Positions 20,358 to 29,450 of a stretch of DNA of 64,000 nt are shown in pieces. This stretch comes from Candidatus Dormiibacterota bacterium. GTDB lineage: Bacteria; Chloroflexota; Dormibacteria; Aeolococcales; Aeolococcaceae. The translations under genes were made by a program, and so were the position numbers. The notes beneath the pieces were generated by a model. It did no database searches. It was not told the origin of the DNA and saw only the letters and a list, made by a program, of their open reading frames with translations. The number at the start of each line of letters is the position of its first letter. Position 1 is the stretch's first letter. The stretch covers positions 512,001 through 576,000 of the forward strand of contig OY970355.1 in assembly GCA_963718525.1 (NCBI GenBank), in the 5' to 3' direction.

Positions 20358-21938
20358 ATGGGATTCATCGACGTCAGCGAGCTCAGCTACTCCATCGGCG
20401 GGACCACGCTGTTCCGCGATGTCAGCTTTCGCGTCGGTGAAGGCAGCAAGGTCGCGCTGGTCGGCGCCAACGGCACCGGCAAGACGACGCTGCTCCGGCT
20501 CATCGCCGGCGACATCAAGCCGGACACCGGAACGATCAGCAGCAGCGGCGGTGTGGGCGTGATGCGTCAGTTCATCGGCAGCACGGGCGGCACGACGACG
20601 GTGCGGGATTTCCTGCTGGACCTGGCGGCGGAACCCGTCCGCGTGGCCGGCATGGCGCTGCAGGCCGCCGAGCACAACCTCGCCGAGGAGCCCGATGACG
20701 CTGACGTGGCGATCGCCTACGCGCAGGCTGTCGCCGACTGGGCGTCAGCGGGCGGATACGAAGCCGAGGTGACCTGGAACGTGTGCTGCGAGGGCAGCAT
20801 CGGCGAGTCCTTCGAGTCGGTGCGAGACCGGCTCGTGGCAACGCTCAGTGGTGGGGAGCAGAAGCGCCTCGCGCTTGAGGTGTTGCTCCGCGGCGACGAG
20901 GAGGTGCTCCTGCTCGACGAGCCCGACAACTACCTCGACGTCGCCGCCAAACGGCAGCTCGAGAAGGCGCTGCGCGCGACCGGCAAGACGGTGCTCTACG
21001 TCAGCCACGACCGCCAGGTGCTCGCCGAGACGGCCAACCGCGTCGTCACCCTCGAGGGACACGGAGTGTGGGTGCACGGCGGCGGATTCGCCGACTATGC
21101 GGAGGCCCGCGAGGCGCGGCTGGGCAGGCTCGACGAGCTGCACCGCCGTTGGGAGGAGGAGCACGTCCACCTGAAGGACCTGGTGCGACGCATGCGAATC
21201 CAGGCGACGATGAGCGACGCCATGGCGAGCCGCCTCCAAGCCGCGGTGACCAGGCTGCGCAAGTTCGAGGAGGCCGGACCACCCGCGGAGCGACCGCGCC
21301 GCCAGGACGTCCGCGTCCGTCTGCGTGGTGGCCGCACGGGGGTGCGCGTGCTGACCTGCGAACAGCTGGCGATTCCCGGTCTCGTGCGTCCCTTCGACCT
21401 CGAGGTGACGTTCGGTGAACGCATCGCGCTGCTCGGCAACAACGGCACGGGCAAGAGCCATCTGCTCCGGTTGTTCGCCGGCGAGGAGATTCCGCATGAG
21501 GGCCGGTTCGTGCTCGGTGCACGCGTCACGCCTGGCCACTTCAAGCAAACGCACGAGCATCCCGAGTTGCGCGGCAAGACGCTCGTCGAGTCGCTGCACC
21601 AGCACGGCCGCGACAAGGCAGGCGCGATGCGTGCACTCGACCGCTATGAGCTGGTCAGCCATGGCGACCAGGATTTCGCGACCCTGAGTGGCGGTCAGCA
21701 GGCGCGGTTTCTCATCCTGCTGCTCGAGATCGGCGGCGCAACCCTGCTGCTGCTCGATGAGCCAACCGACAACCTCGACGTGCACTCGGCGGAGGCGCTC
21801 GAGCGCGGCCTCGACGAGTTCCAAGGGACCGTTGTCGCCGTGACCCATGACCGCTGGTTCGCCCGCCGCTTCAACCGGTTCGTGATCGTTGCAGAGAATG
21901 GAGTCGTGACCGACCGGCAGTCGCCGGTGTGGGACTGA
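20358..21938 (+). CDS. ABC-F family ATPase
   Basis: Two ABC domains (GANGTGKT/LSGGE/LLDEPDNYLD; GNNGTGKS/LSGGQ/LLDEPTDNLD), no TM helices. Confidence 0.92.
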   Translation: MGFIDVSELSYSIGGTTLFRDVSFRVGEGSKVALVGANGTGKTTLLRLIAGDIKPDTGTISSSGGVGVMRQFIGSTGGTTTVRDFLLDLAAEPVRVAGMALQAAEHNLAEEPDDADVAIAYAQAVADWASAGGYEAEVTWNVCCEGSIGESFESVRDRLVATLSGGEQKRLALEVLLRGDEEVLLLDEPDNYLDVAAKRQLEKALRATGKTVLYVSHDRQVLAETANRVVTLEGHGVWVHGGGFADYAEAREARLGRLDELHRRWEEEHVHLKDLVRRMRIQATMSDAMASRLQAAVTRLRKFEEAGPPAERPRRQDVRVRLRGGRTGVRVLTCEQLAIPGLVRPFDLEVTFGERIALLGNNGTGKSHLLRLFAGEEIPHEGRFVLGARVTPGHFKQTHEHPELRGKTLVESLHQHGRDKAGAMRALDRYELVSHGDQDFATLSGGQQARFLILLLEIGGATLLLLDEPTDNLDVHSAEALERGLDEFQGTVVAVTHDRWFARRFNRFVIVAENGVVTDRQSPVWD

Positions 21939-22021
21939 GCGAGGCTGCTACCCGTTCTGACTGGCCCCGCCAGGCGATCCACTCGGGCATACGCTTGAGT
22001 CAAGGATCGTCCTCTTGAATC

Positions 22022-22444
22022 TCACGAGGCCGCAGGGGTCATCTGTGCAACGCGGATGTGGTTGCCGAACGGATCACGCAGGCCGAAGTCGATGCCATAT
22101 GGCTGTTCCGTCGGCTCCTGGGTGAATTCGACGCCGCCCTTGGCACGGAGGTCCTCGTACGCCTTGCGGGCGTCGCTCGTTGTGAAGAAGAGATGGCCGC
22201 CGGTCCGACCCTTGGTCAGGAGCGACCGAACTTCGTCTGCCGTCGCCGGATCCATCGCCGGGGGTCCGGGCTTCTCCAGCAGGATCTGGTGGTCAGGATC
22301 GCCCGGTACGTTGACCGTGAGGAATCGCATGAAACCGAGATCCTGGTCGGTGTTGATCTCGAGGCCCAGCGTACCGACGTAGAAGTCGACGGCCTGGTCC
22401 TGGTCGAGCACGTAAATCTGCGAGATGCGAAGACTGTTGAGCAT
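22022..22444 (-). CDS. VOC/glyoxalase family protein
   Basis: VLDQDQAVDFYVGTLG, EQPYG, RDPFGN; AAGGGA RBS. Confidence 0.9.
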   Translation of the reverse strand: MLNSLRISQIYVLDQDQAVDFYVGTLGLEINTDQDLGFMRFLTVNVPGDPDHQILLEKPGPPAMDPATADEVRSLLTKGRTGGHLFFTTSDARKAYEDLRAKGGVEFTQEPTEQPYGIDFGLRDPFGNHIRVAQMTPAAS

Positions 22445-22488
22445 GTCGGTGTTCCCTTTGCGTTGTCGCGGTTGATGTTGCCCCAACG

Positions 22489-22911
22489 CTATCCGGTCAT
22501 CCGGCGATCGTCTTCTCCAAAACTGCTGGGTCGCGTCCACGCCATGGCGAAGCACGTCGGCACCGTGATCACCTCGCCCCGGCGACGATATTTCGACGGC
22601 AACTCACCGACGATGAGGCGAAACGTTTTGCTGAAGGTGCCGAGGCTTGCGAAACCGACGTCGAAGCAGATGTCGGTGATGCTTCGATCGGTGCAGCGCA
22701 ACAGGTAGAGCGCCCGTTCGACGCGACGGCGCTGGAGATAGCGATGCGGAGTCTCGCCGAACGTCGCGCGAAATTCGCGGATGAAGTGTGACTCGGATAC
22801 GCACGCAATGCCGGCAAGCGTTGTGATGTCGAGCGAGCGGCCGTAGGTGAGGTCCATGGCATCGCGGGCGCGCAGCAGCCGCCGGTTGGTTTCCTCGACC
22901 GCCCGAGTCAT
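22489..22911 (-). CDS. Short AraC family regulator
   Basis: LLRARDAMD, HFIREF..GETPHRYL, DVGFASLGTFS, VPTCF; ATGA overlap with TfoX gene. Confidence 0.9.
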   Translation of the reverse strand: MTRAVEETNRRLLRARDAMDLTYGRSLDITTLAGIACVSESHFIREFRATFGETPHRYLQRRRVERALYLLRCTDRSITDICFDVGFASLGTFSKTFRLIVGELPSKYRRRGEVITVPTCFAMAWTRPSSFGEDDRRMTG

Positions 22912-23255
22912 CTGGACCCAGGCTGCTTCCCCGGAAGGGATCGCGCGTAGGCGACGCCCTCGTCCACCCATCGCTGCAGCTGCGGCTTGGTTCGAACGCC
23001 GTCACTGTCGACGCGCAACCACCCGTCCATCGCGCGTCCCCGCATCACCGCCACCTCGGCGTGCGGCGCGGCAGCCAGCTCGGCCGTTCTCGCCGGATCG
23101 ACCCGCACCAGGACTCCCCCCTGGCCGCTCGCGCTGATGGCCATATTGCCCCCGACCAGAAAGGCCAGGCCACCGAACATTCCCTTCTCGGTCACTCCTG
23201 CCTCGCCTCGAACCAGTTCGCGGATGCGATCGGCCAGATGCGTGTCATACGCCAC
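22908..23255 (-). CDS. TfoX/Sxy N-terminal domain protein
   Basis: AYDTHLADRIR, EKGMFGGLAFLVGGNM, MRGRAMDGW. Confidence 0.88.
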   Translation of the reverse strand: MAYDTHLADRIRELVRGEAGVTEKGMFGGLAFLVGGNMAISASGQGGVLVRVDPARTAELAAAPHAEVAVMRGRAMDGWLRVDSDGVRTKPQLQRWVDEGVAYARSLPGKQPGSR

Positions 23256-24180
23256 GTCCACGATTGTCCGACACCGAGCCGTGCTGGCGCGGGAACCACT
23301 CCCGTCGGAGTTCATGGCTGCCGTCCTCGCAGCCGATCTCGTAGTACACGGCGATGCGATCGCCGTCGTCGACGACGCTTGTGTAGCGCAACGCCGGATG
23401 CGGTCCGTGTGCCTGGGCAACCGGCCCGTCGCCCACCGTCTCGAGATGTCCCGCGTCGCCCGCAGCGATACCGGTGCGCTCTTCCCAATTCTCGGAGGCG
23501 CCAGCGCGGCCGTCGTAGAACGCAATGACGGCGCCGTCTCGCTCCGTGATCGCCGTCACTCGCGTGCCACGCTGGTCCCACCGGCCCGATGTCGGCTGGA
23601 GCGCGGGGCCGTGCAGCGTCCAGTCGATTCCGTCGCCGCTTGTGGCGAATTCCGTCCACATGCGATCGGTGGCGTCCGGATCATCCAGTGGATGGCAGCA
23701 GATCCACGCGCGCCACCCGCGCTCGTCGCAGATGATCACCGGGTCCTTCATCGCCACGCGATCGCTGCCTGGCATCACCACCCGCCGTCCGGCGGCGGCG
23801 AAGTTCGAAGGCGAGCCGGCCCCGAGCAGTTCGACGCGCCAGTGGCGCGTGCCGGTCGTGGCGCAACTGAGATAAAGATGCCACCTGCCGGCAACGTCGA
23901 CCACCAGCGCCGGCCGCTCCAGGGACTCGGCGTCCATCGCGGCCTTGTCGATGCGCGCGAGCTCGGCGGTCCCACCATCGTCGGCCACGCGAGCGACGAT
24001 CACGTCTCCACCGCGACCGTCGTCGACCGGTCGCCGGCGGCGGTACGCGAGGTAGTGAACGCCACCATGCACCACGGCGCTCGGCGCCCCGACCCAATGC
24101 CCGGGTCCGCGCTCTTCGGGTACGGCAATCGTCTGGGCCTCGACGTTACGGGGTATTGGCAACGCCTCCAGCCGAAGCAT
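23245..24180 (-). CDS. Five-bladed beta-propeller glycosidase-like hypothetical protein
   Basis: WVGAPS, SLERPAL, MKDPVI, TSGDGIDW, WDQRGTR, LRYTS. Confidence 0.65.
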   Translation of the reverse strand: MLRLEALPIPRNVEAQTIAVPEERGPGHWVGAPSAVVHGGVHYLAYRRRRPVDDGRGGDVIVARVADDGGTAELARIDKAAMDAESLERPALVVDVAGRWHLYLSCATTGTRHWRVELLGAGSPSNFAAAGRRVVMPGSDRVAMKDPVIICDERGWRAWICCHPLDDPDATDRMWTEFATSGDGIDWTLHGPALQPTSGRWDQRGTRVTAITERDGAVIAFYDGRAGASENWEERTGIAAGDAGHLETVGDGPVAQAHGPHPALRYTSVVDDGDRIAVYYEIGCEDGSHELRREWFPRQHGSVSDNRGRGV

Positions 24181-24313
24181 TGGTCCATCTTCAGGATTGC
24201 CTGCTCCCACGGCGTCATCCTGACTCGCGCGAGGCGGAATCCCAAAGCCGCAATCGGACTGCAATCGCCTGGTTCCACGATGCGGAAAGTCGTACAACAT
24301 CAGGAGCGCAGAG

Positions 24314-24697
24314 ATGACCAATCCAGTCGACAGGTTCACCCAGGCGATCGCGACCGCATCGATCGGCGAAGCCGGAGTCTTTGCCACGAACGCCGTGCTC
24401 GACGCCACCGTCCCCAACTGGCGCTTCACGGTCGAGGGAGCCGTGAGCGTTGAAGCCGAGCTGGGCAGGTGGTATGCCGATCCCGGACGCTTCGAGGAGA
24501 TGCGACGGACGGCGCTCCCGGATGGCGAGCTCGTCGAGTTCGTGCTTACCTGGGAAGAGGATGGCGAACCCCACATGTGCCACCAGGCTCACCACATCGA
24601 GGTCCAGGACGGTCTGATCACCCGCGATCGCGCCTGGTGCGGGGGCAGGTGGGGCGCCGCACTGCAGGCCGAGATGGCCGAGGCCGCGCGACCATGA
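24314..24697 (+). CDS. SnoaL/NTF2-like protein
   Basis: LDATVPNWRF, HMCHQAH, WCGGRW; AGGAG RBS. Confidence 0.75.
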   Translation: MTNPVDRFTQAIATASIGEAGVFATNAVLDATVPNWRFTVEGAVSVEAELGRWYADPGRFEEMRRTALPDGELVEFVLTWEEDGEPHMCHQAHHIEVQDGLITRDRAWCGGRWGAALQAEMAEAARP

Positions 24698-25702
24698 CCT
24701 CTGTGACGTCGCCCGGCCGCGCGATTCCGCTCTCGGATTCCGTCGACCGCTTGCTCCAGGGTGCTGAGCAGCGGGAATCCTGGAAGACCACCAACTCGCT
24801 GTCGGGCAGCCACTTCGAGCGGGTGGTCATCGACGGGGTTCCATTGATAGTGAAGTACAGCTCCCTCGACAACGACTGGATCATGCGCGCGACTGGCGAC
24901 CTCAACTCGCGCCAGCTGACGTTGCTCATGTCCGGCGTGCTCGACAGGCTCCCAGCGTCCATCGACCACACGGTTGTCGGTTGTGCCCCCTACACCGACG
25001 ACGGCGGACATCGTGGCGCGGCGCTGCTGATGCGCGACGTCTCCAACTCGCTCATTCCCGCCGGCAGCGAGCGCATCACGATGTCCCAGCATCGCGGTTT
25101 CATCCAGGGCATGGCCGCCATGCACGCCGCGTTCTGGGGATTCCGCGATGACGCGGGACTGTGTCCGCTATCACATCGCTACGTCTTCCTGACGCCGACC
25201 ATGGCCGAGCTCGAAATGGCGACTCCCCGCGGTGACTCAGTCCCCCCCGCGGTCGCAGACGGCTGGCGACGTCTTGACGAGCAGTATCCAGCGGACGCGC
25301 GCCGGCTGCGCAAGCTCGCCGCTGACCCGTGGCCACTGGTCGATGCTTTGCAGGCCGGACCCCAGACATTCATCCACAGCGACTGGAAGCTCGGCAACCT
25401 CGGCCGCGAGGGATCCCGGACCATCCTGCTCGACTGGGATCGCACCGGCGAGGCACCTCCGCTCGTCGATCTCGCGTGGTACCTGGCGGTCAACTGCGAC
25501 CGGCTCCCCGAGTTCGAAAGAGGACACCATCGACGCATACCGGACGTCGCTCGAGTCCTCGGGCATCGCGACCGCGTCGTGGTGGTCCGGCCAGCTCGCT
25601 CCGGCGCTGGCAGGGGCATTCCTGCAGCTGGCCTGGGCCAAGACCGGCGACGCGACCGAGTTCGGATGGTGGAGCGAGCGCCTCGCGGCGTGGAATCCCT
25701 GA
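24694..25702 (+). CDS. Aminoglycoside phosphotransferase/choline kinase-like protein; apparent +1 frameshift near 25506-25514
   Basis: IHSDWKLGN, LLDWD, DLAWYL; C-terminus SKEDTIDAYR..WNP* continues in the 25232..25702 frame. Confidence 0.75.
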
Positions 25703-26490
25703 CAACCGAACCCAGGAACGCGTACCAGGGCGTTGCTGCCGCGTGGGCCGGGGGTCCAGCCGCGATGTACGACAAGCTCGCGTCGGTCGCCATCACGCGC
25801 GCCGCGAACAGTCTGCGTGGCGCGAGCGTGCTCGACGTCGGCGCCGGGACCGGCGCGCTGTGCCGTGCGCTGACGACGGCGGGAGCGGTCCCGATCGCCG
25901 TCGACATGTCTGGAGACATGCTCGGCCTGATCGGCGACGCAGCACTGGGCTCGGTCGTCGGCGACATGTGCGCTCTGCCCTTCTGCGACGACGGATTCGA
26001 CGCTGCGGTCAGCGGGTTCGCGATCTCGCACATCGACACGCCCGAACGTGCTCTGGCGGAGATGTTGCGCGTGGTTCGACCCCACGGTCAGGTGATCGCA
26101 GCGGTGTTCGGTGAGGCACCCGGCGGCGCGTCGAAGGACGCCGTCGATGAGGTCGCTCGGGACTTCGGATTCGATCCGCCCGCCTGGTACGTGCAGCTCA
26201 AGACGCGCACCGAACCCCGCTCGAACACGCCCGCGTTGCTCGCCGCCTGCGCAACCGGCGCCGGCCTCGAGGACATCGACGTCGCGGATCTGGTCATCGA
26301 AACCGGACTGGATACCCCCGAGTTGATCGCCGCGTACCGGACCGGCCTTGCGCACCTTGCGCCCTTCGTTGCATCCCTCCCCGGCTCAAAGCGCGACGAG
26401 TTCCTCAAGCGCGCAGTTGGCGCTGTCCGCGAGCGCGGTCAGCCGGTGCGATCTCGTGTCCTGGTGCTCTCGAGTCGCGTCCCCGCGTAG
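25690..26490 (+). CDS. Class I SAM-dependent methyltransferase
   Basis: VLDVGAGTG, GDMCALPF, ALAEMLRVVRP; GTG 25690 overlaps the kinase stop. Confidence 0.82.
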   Translation: MESLTTEPRNAYQGVAAAWAGGPAAMYDKLASVAITRAANSLRGASVLDVGAGTGALCRALTTAGAVPIAVDMSGDMLGLIGDAALGSVVGDMCALPFCDDGFDAAVSGFAISHIDTPERALAEMLRVVRPHGQVIAAVFGEAPGGASKDAVDEVARDFGFDPPAWYVQLKTRTEPRSNTPALLAACATGAGLEDIDVADLVIETGLDTPELIAAYRTGLAHLAPFVASLPGSKRDEFLKRAVGAVRERGQPVRSRVLVLSSRVPA

Positions 26491-26623
26491 TCCAGGAACA
26501 CAGTGCGCGCGGGTCCCTCGAGGTGGGCGGCGAGCCGGTCGCGATGCATCGCCGCGAGCGGGCTTCGGCACCATTGCGTGACGACGATTAGCAACTGCCG
26601 TCGGATTATCACACTCCGACGGC

Positions 26624-26989
26624 TCATCCCTGTTCGAGGCAGAACTCATTGCCCTCGGGATCGGCGAGCACGACCCATCCGCCGGGCTCGAGCTCGCGGC
26701 GATCGTCAACCACTACGGCGCCGAGTGTGCACAGCCGTTCGAGTTCGCGCGCCTGTCCCGCCTCGCCCGGCATCAAGTCGAGATGCACTCGATTCTTCAC
26801 CACTTTCTCTTCCGGGACCGTTACGAAGACGAGCCGGGGCCATCGATTCTCAGGCTCGCTTGCAAGCCAGAATTCGTTGCCGGGCATGTCAACTCTCTCG
26901 ATGTCATACCCGGTGACCGAACCCCAGAACACGGCGACGCGGCGAGCGTCGCGACAGTCAAAGGTTACGTTGAGTAAAGCAGAAACCAT
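26624..26989 (-). CDS. VOC family (Glyoxalase_6-like) protein
   Basis: VTFDCRD, KNRVHLDL, LADPEGNEFC. Confidence 0.9.
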   Translation of the reverse strand: MVSALLNVTFDCRDARRVAVFWGSVTGYDIERVDMPGNEFWLASEPENRWPRLVFVTVPEEKVVKNRVHLDLMPGEAGQARELERLCTLGAVVVDDRRELEPGGWVVLADPEGNEFCLEQG

Positions 26990-27028
26990 GGGAATTCTCC
27001 GGCAATTTTGGCGGGGCGGCAGCAAGCG

Positions 27029-27178
27029 TCAGTGACAACTGACGCAACGCCGATGGTGATCGTCGAACACATCGCCAGGCGGCTGATGCCGGAACCCGAA
27101 CTTCAGGCGCCGGAGCCGTACCGCTATCCGAAGATGCGTCCGCGAAGCGCGACGCAGCAGGATTCTCGTGTCAATCAT
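27029..27178 (-). CDS. 49-aa basic microprotein ending in CVSCH
   Basis: GGAGGGGG RBS directly upstream of ATG 27178; MIDTRILLRR..DDHHRRCVSCH*. Confidence 0.45.
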   Translation of the reverse strand: MIDTRILLRRASRTHLRIAVRLRRLKFGFRHQPPGDVFDDHHRRCVSCH

Positions 27179-27376
27179 AGCGCCCCCTCCCGGCAATGCC
27201 GGGTCGCGTCGGAGCCAGCGCGAGCGCGAGCAACGTACTGCGCAGCTCATCACTGCGCAACTACGTCATCGCGCGACCGCACCCGTCGCCATCACCGCCA
27301 ACGTCGATCGTTCCTTGAGCGCGAGCGCGGTTGTGTCTTCCGGAATCGGACGCGAATTACGACACGACGGCTTGCT

Positions 27377-28609
27377 TCACACCGTCGCGACGGAATCGGG
27401 CGCGCGCGTCCGTGCCCGGTAGGCATGGGAGGGCGGGATCGTCAGAATCCGCCCCTCCTCTGACCTGACCACCTGCCAGCCACCCTCATGCGCCTTCCAG
27501 TGATGGCGGTGGCAGAGCAGGACCAGATTCTCAAGGTTGGTCTCCCCGCCGTGTCCCCAGTGGAGGACGTGGTGAGCGTTGGTCCAGGACGAGGGACGCT
27601 CACAGCCCGGCCAGACGCAGCCCTGGTCGCGGACCCGGAGCGCGGCACGTCCCGCACCCGAGGGCACCCGCAGCGCCCGGCCCACGTCGATCACCGCAGA
27701 GTTGGGACCGAGCAGCACCCGGCGGATGCTCGCGTCACAGGCGAGCCGCTGCACCGTGGCCGCCGGGACCACCCCGGCGAACTCGAGCTCGCCACCGGGC
27801 GCACCGGACAGCCCCATCACCGTCTCCACCGAGGCGGTGAGCTGGAGATGGGTCCGAGTCGTCCCACCCTCGGTGGTGAAGCCGTGGTCGAGGGCATGCA
27901 TGGCGAGCTCGACGAGACCGTCGGCGAGGCGGCGAGCCCGGGGTCGCTCGTCGCCCACCCCCGAGCGGCCACACAGCGGTGCCAGGGCCACCCGCAGCGT
28001 GGCCCCGCCGACCGGGTCGAGGACGCCGTGCACGGCCAGCCGGCCGTCCTCGCAGGTGGTGAGCTCGAGAGAGCGGGCGTCGACCGCATCGACGTGCTCG
28101 GCGAGCACCGCGGCGGCATCGGCGGCATGGCGGGCGTGCTCACAGTCCTTGACGAAGCGGCCGACCGAGTGCTCGAGGGCAAGCTCGAGGAGGGGACCCT
28201 CGGCAAAGCTCTGCCCGGTGCGCGCCGCGGCCCGCTCCAACCCCGCGAGCAGGGAGAGATGGGCGAACCCGATCCGGCCCTCCTGGAGCGCCACCACACT
28301 GGCCGCAAGCTGGGGTGCCGCCTCCCCGGTGGCGATCGAACGAGCCGCAGCGGTGCTGGACATCCGGCACTGGTGGCGGACCCAATCGATCGGGGAGTTC
28401 GAGCCCTGGACCTCGTACTCATCGCTGGAGGCAAAGGTCGCAGCCTCGTGGGCGAAGCGGAGCTCGAGGAGGTCAATGCCGTGGCGAAAGCGGATCAGAC
28501 GCTCGCCGAGGTCGAACCCGCTGATCTCACCCCCCGGCGAGGCCACGAACGCCTCGACCGCCTGCAGGAGCCGCTCGAGCTGTCCCAGCTTGTCCTCGCC
28601 ATCACACAT
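27377..28609 (-). CDS. DUF222 + HNH endonuclease (REP13E12-like)
   Basis: RLADGLVEL, RLACDA, IDVGR, RDQGCVWPGC..AHHVLHW..GGETNLENLVLLCHRHH. Confidence 0.92.
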   Translation of the reverse strand: MCDGEDKLGQLERLLQAVEAFVASPGGEISGFDLGERLIRFRHGIDLLELRFAHEAATFASSDEYEVQGSNSPIDWVRHQCRMSSTAAARSIATGEAAPQLAASVVALQEGRIGFAHLSLLAGLERAAARTGQSFAEGPLLELALEHSVGRFVKDCEHARHAADAAAVLAEHVDAVDARSLELTTCEDGRLAVHGVLDPVGGATLRVALAPLCGRSGVGDERPRARRLADGLVELAMHALDHGFTTEGGTTRTHLQLTASVETVMGLSGAPGGELEFAGVVPAATVQRLACDASIRRVLLGPNSAVIDVGRALRVPSGAGRAALRVRDQGCVWPGCERPSSWTNAHHVLHWGHGGETNLENLVLLCHRHHWKAHEGGWQVVRSEEGRILTIPPSHAYRARTRAPDSVATV

Positions 28610-28615
28610 CCCAGT

Positions 28616-28633
28616 AGTATAGAACATACGTTT
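28616..28633 (-). promoter_or_regulatory. Leaderless -10 element plus LexA (SOS) box-like site for the HNH gene
   Basis: TATACT (28616-28621, minus strand) 6 nt before ATG 28609; GAAC-ATAC-GTTT at 28622-28633. Confidence 0.65.
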
Positions 28634-28698
28634 GCAGCAACGCGTGACGCCGCCACGCGCACCGTCGAAGACCCGAAGGCGCGTCTGACCGAGCCGGT

Positions 28699-29355
28699 TT
28701 AGGCCGGTGCGTCTCCGGACGGAACCAGGGTCGGGCCACCCGCCCCGTGGCGAAGCCCGTCAAACAGGAGGCTCACCAGGCGTTGCGAGGCCTCGGAGCG
28801 CTCCTGGTCTGTCGACATGCAGATCCCGCCGACAGCACGGAGCAGATCGGCCCCATCGACATCCGCGCGAACCGTGCCGGCCGCGACGCCTGCCTCGAGG
28901 AGCTTCGACGCCGCCGCACTGGCGCGTCCCCGCGTTTGCTCCGAAAAACTGGCATTGCTGCTCATCAGCGGCTTCAGCAGCGACGACATCCCGCGCTTGG
29001 TGGCGACGTGCCGGACGAACAGCTGCATCCACTCTGCCAGGGCCCGGTCAGGCGGCATGGTCTCGAGGAGCTGGTCGGCGCTGTCGCAGAGCACGTCGAT
29101 CTCATGGCGATAGACGGCTTCGACGATCAACTCGCGCGTCGGAAAGTGGCGATAGAGCGTGCCAATCCCGACGCCCGCATCGCGAGCGATGTCCTCGAGC
29201 GGCACCTCCGCACCCCGGGCTGCGAATGCGGCGGCGGCCGCAGCGATCAGGAGATCGCGGTTGCGCAGCGCGTCGGCGCGGGGACGTCGCTCAGCGGACG
29301 CGGAAACAGCGGTCTCGACCGCACCGGTCTCTACCTCCGCCACTTCACGTGCCAC
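28699..29355 (-). CDS. TetR/AcrR family regulator (start uncertain)
   Basis: RADALRNR, IARDAGVGIGTLYRHFPTRE. Confidence 0.92.
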   Translation of the reverse strand: MAREVAEVETGAVETAVSASAERRPRADALRNRDLLIAAAAAAFAARGAEVPLEDIARDAGVGIGTLYRHFPTRELIVEAVYRHEIDVLCDSADQLLETMPPDRALAEWMQLFVRHVATKRGMSSLLKPLMSSNASFSEQTRGRASAAASKLLEAGVAAGTVRADVDGADLLRAVGGICMSTDQERSEASQRLVSLLFDGLRHGAGGPTLVPSGDAPA

Positions 29356-29372
29356 TTGGTACCAAACCTCAC

Positions 29373-29419
29373 TTGCAAAACGGAGACAACCTCCGTATAC
29401 TTCCGGAGGTAGCGTCCGT
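29373..29419 (+). promoter_or_regulatory. MFS promoter with tandem TetR operators
   Basis: TTGCAA 29373, 17 nt, TATACT 29396; ACGGAG-N5-CTCCGT 29380-29396 and CCGGAG-N5-GTCCGT 29403-29419. Confidence 0.72.
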
Positions 29420-29450
29420 TTCCTGATTCTACGCCATCTGGAGGTTGTCT

